Shown: positions 56,998 through 64,000 of the stretch, in pieces
Position numbering within the stretch: position 1 is the first letter of the stretch
Layout of the letters: each line of letters starts with the position of its first letter
The notes under the pieces: model-generated
What the model was told of the DNA's origin: nothing
The model's database searches: none
The model's input: only the letters and a program-made list of their open reading frames with translations
Made by a program: the position numbers and the translations under genes
Assembly (NCBI GenBank): GCA_964291235.2
Contig: OZ219816.1
Coordinates: 928,001 to 992,000, forward strand
DNA length: 64,000 nt
DNA from: Vicinamibacteria bacterium
GTDB lineage: Bacteria > Acidobacteriota > Vicinamibacteria > Marinacidobacterales > Marinacidobacteraceae
Reading direction: 5' to 3'

Positions 56998-57495
56998 ATG
57001 TCGGAACTCTCCATCCCCGAGCGCGACGCGGGCCGCTTCTACGAGGACTTCCGCGTCGGCCAGCGCATCGTCCACCCGCTGGGACGCACCGTCCTGGCGG
57101 CCGACAACTCCTGGTTCTCGCTGCTTACCCAGAACCAGAACCCGATCCACATTGATCGGCACCACAGCGAGAGGACCCCGTTCGGCAAGCCCCTCGTGAA
57201 CTCCTGCCTGACCCTGGCGCTCGCTACCGGCCAGTCGGTGAACGACCTGACCCGCAACGTGCTCGCGAATCTCGGTTGGGATGAGGTACGCCTGCCCGCC
57301 CCGCTGTTCGAGGGGGACACGCTCTACTCGGAGAGCGAGGTGCTCTCCACCCGCGAGTCGCGGTCCCGGCCGGAGGCCGGCATCGTCACCGTGCGGACCC
57401 GGGGGAAGAATCAGGACGGCGTGGTGGTGATCGAGTTCCGGCGGACGTTCCTGATCTGGAAGGGCGCCCACGCGCCCGCTGCGGCGTCGGACTAG
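56998..57495 (+). CDS. MaoC family dehydratase
   Basis: GRFYEDF.VG, NQNPIHID, ANLGWDEVRL..PLFEGDTLY. Confidence 0.92.
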   Translation: MSELSIPERDAGRFYEDFRVGQRIVHPLGRTVLAADNSWFSLLTQNQNPIHIDRHHSERTPFGKPLVNSCLTLALATGQSVNDLTRNVLANLGWDEVRLPAPLFEGDTLYSESEVLSTRESRSRPEAGIVTVRTRGKNQDGVVVIEFRRTFLIWKGAHAPAAASD

Positions 57496-59186
57496 GCGGA
57501 CTCGGCCCGGCGCTCCCCCCGGAGCATCGCGACCATCCGGGCGGCGTCCGGCGGTGGCGGGCCCGTCCGGCGGCTTACGAGCCAGGTGACCCCGAAGTTG
57601 ATGAGCATCCCGAGGGTGCCAATGCCCTCCGGGCTGATCCCGAACCACCAGGCCTCAGGGCCGCTCCACTCGAAGACCTTGAACCACCCGATATAGACCG
57701 CGGTAAAGCCGGTTCCGGCGATCATTCCGGCGACGGCGCCGCGGGCGGTGACCCACGTCGTAAAGACCCCGAGCACCAACGCCGGGAAGAAGCTGGCGGC
57801 GGCCAAGCCAAAGGCGAACGCCACCACGGCGGCGACGTAGTCGGGCGGATAAATCCCCACGATGATCGCCACGATGCAGGCGCCCGCGGCCGACAGCCGG
57901 GCGGCGGTCAGTTCCTGCCGATCGCTCATCTTCGGCCGGAGGAAGCTCTTCAGCAGGTCGTGGGACACGGAAGCCGAAATGACCAGCAGGAGACCGGCCG
58001 CGGTGGAAAGCGCCGCGGCCAGACCGCCTGCCGCCACCAGCCCGACGACCCAGGCCGGCAACTCGGCGATCTCCGGATTGGCGAGGACCATGATGTCCCG
58101 GTCGATGAACAATTCGGCGCCGGCGCCCTCGCCGTACTGGATGAGGCCGTCGCCGTTATGGTCGGTGAACCGGATGAGACCGGTCGCCGCCCAGTTCTGG
58201 AACCAGTCGGGGGCCTCCGCAATGGGCGTGTTGTGGAGGGTCTGGATCATGTTGACCCGGGCGAAGGCCGCGACTGCCGGAGCGGTGGTGTAGAGGATCG
58301 CGATGAAGAGCAGCGCCCACATCACGCTCCAGCGCGCCAGCCGCGCGCTCTTGACCGTGTAGAACCGGATGAGGACGTGTGGAAGTCCCGCGGTGCCGGT
58401 CATGAGCGCCAGGGTGATCGCGAAGACATCCGGCAGCGTCTTTTTCCCGGCCAGGAAAGCCCCCGTGTACTCCGGTAAACCGAGATCGGTGTGTATCTGG
58501 TCGATCGCCCGCAGGAGCGCCACGCCGGCCCGTTCTCCCTCGATGAGCGCGGATCCGAACCCGATCTGCGGGACCGGATTCCCGGTCATCATCCAGGAGA
58601 TGGCGCCCGCGGGGATGAGGAACGCGACGATCAGCACGCAGTACTGGGCCACCTGCGTGTAGGTGATGCCGCGCATGCCGCCGAGCGTCGCGTAGAGCAG
58701 CACGATCACTCCGCCGATGACCACCCCGTACTCCACCGGGATGGTCAGGAAGCGGGAGAAGACCACGCCGACCCCGCGCATCTGACCCGCAACGTAGGTG
58801 AAGGAGATGAACACGGCGCAGACCACCGCGGTCAACCGGGCGGCCTGGGAAGCGAAGCGGTCCCCCACGAACTCGGGGATGGTGAAGCGGCCGTAGCGGC
58901 GGAGGTACGGCGCGACCAACAGCGCCAGCAGGACGTAACCTCCGGTCCACCCCATCAGGTAGATCGCGCCGTCGTACCCCATGAACGAGATGAGCCCCGC
59001 CATGGAGATGAACGAGGCGGCGCTCATCCAGTCGGCTCCGGTCGCCATGCCGTTGGCTACGGCTGAGACGCCCCGGCCCGCGACGTAGAAGCCGGAAGTG
59101 GTCTGCACCCGGCTCGCAATCGCGATGGCGCTGTAGAGCGCAAAGCTCGAGACGACGAAGACGAGGGTCCAGCCGGCGATGCTCAC
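57492..59186 (-). CDS. Sodium:solute symporter, ActP-like (acetate/monocarboxylate) subfamily
   Basis: NGMATGADWMSAASF, GTAGLPHVLIRFYT, AALSTAAGLLL. Confidence 0.92.
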   Translation of the reverse strand: MSIAGWTLVFVVSSFALYSAIAIASRVQTTSGFYVAGRGVSAVANGMATGADWMSAASFISMAGLISFMGYDGAIYLMGWTGGYVLLALLVAPYLRRYGRFTIPEFVGDRFASQAARLTAVVCAVFISFTYVAGQMRGVGVVFSRFLTIPVEYGVVIGGVIVLLYATLGGMRGITYTQVAQYCVLIVAFLIPAGAISWMMTGNPVPQIGFGSALIEGERAGVALLRAIDQIHTDLGLPEYTGAFLAGKKTLPDVFAITLALMTGTAGLPHVLIRFYTVKSARLARWSVMWALLFIAILYTTAPAVAAFARVNMIQTLHNTPIAEAPDWFQNWAATGLIRFTDHNGDGLIQYGEGAGAELFIDRDIMVLANPEIAELPAWVVGLVAAGGLAAALSTAAGLLLVISASVSHDLLKSFLRPKMSDRQELTAARLSAAGACIVAIIVGIYPPDYVAAVVAFAFGLAAASFFPALVLGVFTTWVTARGAVAGMIAGTGFTAVYIGWFKVFEWSGPEAWWFGISPEGIGTLGMLINFGVTWLVSRRTGPPPPDAARMVAMLRGERRAESA

Positions 59187-59461
59187 TGCGATTCCTCACC
59201 GTCATCGGGCCGGTCGGCGTCGCGTTCGATTCGGTCCATGGCGACAGCGTTCACGACCAGCAGGACCAGGAAGATCAGGATCGAGCCCTGTTGGGCGAAC
59301 CAGAAGCCGAGCGGGAATCCGCCGACCCAAATCCGGTTCAGGGGTTCCGCAAGCAGCACGCCGAGCCCCAGGGAGGCGGCGAACCAGATCGCCAGGAGAA
59401 TGCCGATCAGGCGGAGGCTGCGACGCCAGGCGTCGCGTCGCGGCGGAGACGGTTGAGGCAC
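59183..59461 (-). CDS. DUF4212 small partner subunit of the symporter
   Basis: GGFPLGFWFAQQGSI motif; overlaps the symporter start. Confidence 0.9.
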   Translation of the reverse strand: MPQPSPPRRDAWRRSLRLIGILLAIWFAASLGLGVLLAEPLNRIWVGGFPLGFWFAQQGSILIFLVLLVVNAVAMDRIERDADRPDDGEESQ

Positions 59462-59566
59462 GGTGAGGGGTGGATTGAATCAGAAGTGCCCTGACCGGCC
59501 TTCGGACAAAGTCACGCGGCCCAGTTCTCCGGGGGGGAGCTGACGCGTGCCGCCCGAGCCATGGGC

Positions 59567-59594
59567 TTCGACCTGCCCGGCGCGCTGGTATATT
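59567..59594 (+). promoter_or_regulatory. Candidate sigma70 promoter of the cox operon
   Basis: TTCGAC-N16-TATATT with TGn extension; AGGAGG RBS before GTG 59620. Confidence 0.45.
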
Positions 59595-59619
59595 CGGAAA
59601 AACGGAAGGAGGCGACTCC

Positions 59620-60489
59620 GTGATTCCACCGTCCTTCGACTATCACGCTCCCGAGAATCTGGAAGAGGCGAGCCGGCTGCTGCTGGCCAATCCCGAGGCC
59701 AAGCTGTTGGCCGGGGGACACAGCCTCATCCCCATGATGCGGTTCCGCCTCGCGGAACCGGCCGCGCTCGTGGACCTCAGGAAGATCCCCGGGCTGTCCG
59801 GAATCCGCGAAGCCGACGGATCCCTGTGCATCGGGGCGATGACCCGCGAGTCGGAGCTTGAGAAGTCCGAGCTTGTCCAGAGTCGCTACCCGCTCCTCGC
59901 CGACACCGCCCGCGTCATCGCGGACCCGGTGGTCCGGAACCTGGCGACCGTCGGCGGCAACGTCGCCCACGCGGACCCCGGGAACGACCACCCGGCCACG
60001 ATGCTGGCCTACCGGGCGTCGTTTGTCGCCTGCGGCCCTTCCGGGGATCGGACGATCGCCGCTTCCGACTTCTTCACCGGGCCGTTCTCCACCTGCCTGG
60101 CGGCGGGGGAGATCCTCACGGAGATTCACGTTCCTGCGTCCGGGGCCGGGTCGGGCGGCGCCTACCAGAAGTTCGAACGGAAGGTCGGCGATTACGCCGT
60201 CGCCGCGGTCGCCGTCCAGCTGCAACTCGATGGCGGCCGGATTGCGAGCGCGGGAGTCGCGCTCACCAATGTAGGTCTCACCGCGATCCAGTGTGGCGCT
60301 GCCGAAGCGGCGCTCGTCGGTTCGGACGGCGGTGACGGGGCGCTCGACGCGGCCGCCGAAGCGGCGGCCGCGGCAGCGGACCCGGCAGACGATCACCGGG
60401 GATCCGCCGACTACAAACGCGCGGTGGTCCGCGTGCTCACCCATCGGGCGGCGGCCAGCGCGCTCGCCCGGGCGAGGGAGGCGTCATGA
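59620..60489 (+). CDS. coxM: Aerobic CO dehydrogenase medium (FAD) subunit
   Basis: [37 protein letters not shown]. Confidence 0.93.
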   Translation: MIPPSFDYHAPENLEEASRLLLANPEAKLLAGGHSLIPMMRFRLAEPAALVDLRKIPGLSGIREADGSLCIGAMTRESELEKSELVQSRYPLLADTARVIADPVVRNLATVGGNVAHADPGNDHPATMLAYRASFVACGPSGDRTIAASDFFTGPFSTCLAAGEILTEIHVPASGAGSGGAYQKFERKVGDYAVAAVAVQLQLDGGRIASAGVALTNVGLTAIQCGAAEAALVGSDGGDGALDAAAEAAAAAADPADDHRGSADYKRAVVRVLTHRAAASALARAREAS

Positions 60490-60968
60490 GTTCCCACCAG
60501 ATCAGCGTCACCATCAACGGTGAGGAGCACACGCGCCAAGTGGAAGCGCGGCTGTTGCTCGTTCACTTCATCCGCGAGGAACTGGAGCTGACCGGCACCC
60601 ACATCGGATGCGACACGACCTCCTGCGGCGCCTGCACGGTGCTCATCAACGGGGTCCCGGCCAAGAGCTGCACCGTGTTTGCGGTAGCGGCGGACGGGGC
60701 CGAGGTCACCACTGTCGAAGGGCTCGGGAATGGCGGCCTCCATCCGGTCCAGCAGGGATTCACCGAAAAACACGGTCTCCAGTGCGGGTTCTGCACTCCC
60801 GGGATGATGCTGACCTCCAAGGCGCTCCTGGAAGAGAACCCGGATCCCTCCGAAGCGGAGATCCGCTGGGGCATTTCCGGCAATTTGTGCCGCTGCACCG
60901 GCTACCTGAACATCGTGAGGGCCGTGCAGCGGGCCAGCGAACTGATGAAGGAGAACAGCGATGGCTGA
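60486..60968 (+). CDS. coxS: Aerobic CO dehydrogenase small (2Fe-2S) subunit
   Basis: [29 protein letters not shown]. Confidence 0.95.
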   Translation: MSSHQISVTINGEEHTRQVEARLLLVHFIREELELTGTHIGCDTTSCGACTVLINGVPAKSCTVFAVAADGAEVTTVEGLGNGGLHPVQQGFTEKHGLQCGFCTPGMMLTSKALLEENPDPSEAEIRWGISGNLCRCTGYLNIVRAVQRASELMKENSDG

Positions 60969-63306
60969 GTGCAGAGGTCTCGGACACTCCGTCCAGAGAA
61001 AGGAAGACGCCCGCTTCATCAGGGGCCAGGGCCGCTACATCGACGACATCAAGCTGCCGGGAATGCTCTACCTGGACATCGCCCGGAGTCCCTACGCCCA
61101 CGCGAAGATCACCCAGATTCACGAAGACACCGCGATGGCGGTGGACGGCGTGGCGGCGGTGATCACCGGGAAGACGCTGGAGGGATTCAAGCTCGCCTGG
61201 ATGCCCACCCTGATGAGCGATCAGCAGATGGTGCTGCCGGTGGACACCGTGAAGTACCAGGCGCAGGAAGTGGCCGCGATCGTGGGGACCTCCCGCTATG
61301 CCGTGGCCGACGGCGTGGCCGCCCTCGAGGTGGACTACGACCCGCTTCCGGTGGTCGTGGACCCGCATGAGGCACTGAAGCCGGGGAGCACCAAGGTCAG
61401 GGACGACAAGGCGAGCAACCACATCTTCCACTGGGAACACGGTGACGCGGACGCGACGGAAGCGTCACTCGCCGATTGCGACACCGTCGTCGAGCAGAAG
61501 ATGCATCTGCCCCGCATCCACGTGGCGTCCATCGAGACCTGCGGCTGCGTGGCGAGCTGGAACCCGGTCGAGGGTCATCTCACCCTCTACCTGACCACCC
61601 AGGCGCCCCATGCGATCCGCACCGTGGTGGCGCTCGTGACCGCCCACCTCGGACTCGCCGAGCACAAGATCCGGGTCATCTCTCCCGATATCGGGGGAGG
61701 ATTCGGGGGCAAGGTGCCGGTCTATCCCGGCTACGTGCTGGCTATCGCCGCGTCGGTGGTGACGGGCAAGCCGGTGAAGTGGATCGAGGACCGCTCGGAG
61801 AACCTCCAGGCGGATTCGTTCGCCCGCGATTACCACATCAAGGCCACGCTCGGGTCCAGGAACGGCAAGGTGGCGGCGCTCAAGCTCGACACCGTGGCCG
61901 ACCACGGTTATTCGGACGCGGCGGCCAACCCGTCGAAGTTCCCGGCCGGGCTCTACCACGTCGCCAGCGGCTCCTATGACCTCGAGAACGCCCATGTCTC
62001 CGTGGACGGGGTGTACACGAACAAGCCGCCGGGCGGGATCGCCTACCGGTGTTCGTTCCGCGTCACCGAGGCGGTGCACGCGATCGAGCGAATGGTGGAC
62101 CTCCTGGCTCGCGAGAACGGGGAGGACCCCGCCGATTTCCGGCTGAGGAACTTCATCAAGCCCGAGCAGTTCCCCTACACCTCGGTTCTCGGCTGGGAAT
62201 ACGACAGCGGGAACTACGGCGCTGCGCTCGAAAAGGCCATGGGCATGATCGGCTACCAGGACCTGCGCGCCGAGCAGGCGGAAAAGCGCGCCCGCGGTGA
62301 GCTGATGGGAGTCGGAATCTCGTCATTCACCGAGATCGTGGGCGCCGGCCCGTCCAAGAGCTTCGACATCCTGGGGATCAAGATGTTCGATTCGAGCGAG
62401 ATCCGGATCCATCCCACGGGGAAGGCGATCGCCCGGTTCGGCACCAAGTCCCAGGGGCAGGGGCACGAGACCACCTACGCTCAGATCATCGCGGAGGAAC
62501 TCGGAATCCCGCCCGAGGACATCCAGGTCGAGGAGGGAGACACGGACACCGCGCCCTACGGCCTCGGCACCTACGCGAGCCGTTCGACTCCGACCGCCGG
62601 GGCGGCGGCGTCCATCGCGTCGCGGAAGATCCGGGAGAAGGCGAGGAAGATCGCCGCCCACCTTCTGGAGGCCGACGAAGCGGACCTCGTGTGGGAGCAG
62701 GGGAAGTTTTACGTCAAGGGTTCTCCGGACCGCGCGAAGACCATCCAGGACATCGCGTTCGCGGCCTACACGAATCATCCCCAGGGGATGGAGGCGGGGC
62801 TGGAGGCGATTTCCTACTACGACCCGCCCAACCTGACCTTCCCGTTCGGGTCCTACATCTGCTGCGTGGACATCGACCGGGGCACCGGACAGGTCAAGAT
62901 CCGGCGCTTCGTGGCCGTGGACGACTGCGGGGTACGGATCAACCCGATGATCGTGGACGGCCAGATCCACGGCGGGCTCACGATGGGGATCGCGCCGGCG
63001 CTCCTCGAGGAGATCTCCTACGACGCCGACGGCAACATCACCGGGGGCAACCTCATGGAGTACCTGGTGCCCACCGCGATGGAGACCCCGCACTGGGAGC
63101 TGGGCGAGACGGTTACGCCGTCGCCGCACCACCCGATCGGCGCCAAGGGCGTCGGAGAATCGGCGACCGTGGGCGCGCCCCCGGCGGTCGTGAATGCGGT
63201 GGTGGACGCCCTCTGGCACCTCGGAGTGCGCCACATGGAGATTCCCATGACGCCGGCACGCGTCTGGAACGTGCTGAACGAGCACGGCGCCGCGGCGACT
63301 CGGTAG
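60961..63306 (+). CDS. coxL: Aerobic CO dehydrogenase large subunit, form I
   Basis: Form I active-site motif AYRCSFR (62041-62061); M-S-L gene order. Confidence 0.96.
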   Translation: MAECRGLGHSVQRKEDARFIRGQGRYIDDIKLPGMLYLDIARSPYAHAKITQIHEDTAMAVDGVAAVITGKTLEGFKLAWMPTLMSDQQMVLPVDTVKYQAQEVAAIVGTSRYAVADGVAALEVDYDPLPVVVDPHEALKPGSTKVRDDKASNHIFHWEHGDADATEASLADCDTVVEQKMHLPRIHVASIETCGCVASWNPVEGHLTLYLTTQAPHAIRTVVALVTAHLGLAEHKIRVISPDIGGGFGGKVPVYPGYVLAIAASVVTGKPVKWIEDRSENLQADSFARDYHIKATLGSRNGKVAALKLDTVADHGYSDAAANPSKFPAGLYHVASGSYDLENAHVSVDGVYTNKPPGGIAYRCSFRVTEAVHAIERMVDLLARENGEDPADFRLRNFIKPEQFPYTSVLGWEYDSGNYGAALEKAMGMIGYQDLRAEQAEKRARGELMGVGISSFTEIVGAGPSKSFDILGIKMFDSSEIRIHPTGKAIARFGTKSQGQGHETTYAQIIAEELGIPPEDIQVEEGDTDTAPYGLGTYASRSTPTAGAAASIASRKIREKARKIAAHLLEADEADLVWEQGKFYVKGSPDRAKTIQDIAFAAYTNHPQGMEAGLEAISYYDPPNLTFPFGSYICCVDIDRGTGQVKIRRFVAVDDCGVRINPMIVDGQIHGGLTMGIAPALLEEISYDADGNITGGNLMEYLVPTAMETPHWELGETVTPSPHHPIGAKGVGESATVGAPPAVVNAVVDALWHLGVRHMEIPMTPARVWNVLNEHGAAATR

Positions 63307-63325
63307 GAGCCGCGGGTATGCCGCG

Positions 63326-64000
63326 GTGACGGGTCCGACCGACGTCTTCGCCGCCGCCGCGCGCCTCCACCGGGAAGGGGTGCCGTTCGTGCTGGCGACC
63401 GTGGTCCGCGCGGAGCGCCCCACCTCCGCTCGACCGGGCGCGAAGGCGATCGTCACGGCCGACGGGAACTTCGTGGGATTCGTTGGCGGGACGTGCGTCA
63501 GGCCGGCGGTGCGGCGCGAATCCCTGCGGGCGCTGGCGGACGGGACCCCCCGCCTGCTGCGCATCTCTCCGGACCGGCCGCCCGAGGGCGCGGAAACCGA
63601 AGAAGGAGTATTGGAGGAGCACATGGCCTGCGTAAGTGGTGGCGCTCTCGACATCCACCTGGACCCCTATCTGCCGTCGCGCCGGCTCCTGCTCGCCGGG
63701 AGTTCGCCCATCGTGGACTCGCTGGCGGCGCTCGGCGAAACGCTCGGAATGGATGTCCGGATCGGCGCCCCGGAAGAGGATCTGGCCGAGGCCGCGACGG
63801 GAGCCTTCGTGGTGGTCGCCGGACACGGGGAGGGGGAATGGGAAGCGCTGAAGGCCGGCCTCGCCGGCGGGAGCGCACGCTACGTGGGGCTCGTGGCCAG
63901 CCCCCGCCGGGCGGCGGCGGTCCGCGACCGGCTGAGCGGGATGGGCCTTTCCGCGGCGGAGATCGCGCGGCTGCATTCACCGGCCGGTCTGGATATCGGC
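63326..64000 (+). CDS. XdhC/CoxF family maturation factor, 3' truncated by the window
   Basis: Not in the ORF track; translated by hand from GTG 63326: FVLATVVRAERPTSARPGAKA..GFVGGTCV..CVSGG..YVGLVASPRR..HSPAGLDIG. Confidence 0.88.
   Translation, partial: MTGPTDVFAAAARLHREGVPFVLATVVRAERPTSARPGAKAIVTADGNFVGFVGGTCVRPAVRRESLRALADGTPRLLRISPDRPPEGAETEEGVLEEHMACVSGGALDIHLDPYLPSRRLLLAGSSPIVDSLAALGETLGMDVRIGAPEEDLAEAATGAFVVVAGHGEGEWEALKAGLAGGSARYVGLVASPRRAAAVRDRLSGMGLSAAEIARLHSPAGLDIG

Noticed and set aside
1-64000. tRNA, rRNA, riboswitch, integrase or prophage genes
   Set aside because: None recognised by eye in the intergenic gaps; covariance-model searches would be needed to exclude small RNAs

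Overview
High-GC bacterial chromosomal window, most consistent with an Acidobacteriota genome (inference from a GWxTD protein, an Oar-type TonB receptor, a VPS10/BNR protein and an MFP+ATPase pair without a permease), possibly a marine or host-associated lineage. About 48 genes: tsaC (partial), cbpA-like dnaJ, lon, lemA plus two TPM proteins, PBP1A, many exported peptidases and hydrolases, a SRAP protein, an octaheme-TPR lipoprotein, a TonB receptor with a sigma54-like promoter, apaG, a GCS2-CBS fusion, pruA, an indoleamine 2,3-dioxygenase, an ECF sigma/YbjQ locus, an ActP-like symporter and a form I CO dehydrogenase operon (coxMSL + XdhC/CoxF, truncated by the window end). The most unusual observations are: (1) four paralogous, unannotated beta-barrel-like genes, one only a 3' fragment, around a vapBC module; (2) a family of ~123-bp two-hairpin intergenic repeats with compensatory stem changes, one cluster of which is bounded by terminal inverted repeats and CTAG; (3) a TauD gene broken by a 10-bp insertion in its WDNRxxxH motif; (4) a stand-alone bacterial IDO. 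No rRNA, tRNA, CRISPR array or transposase was recognised. All calls are from reading the sequence by eye; no database searches were run.
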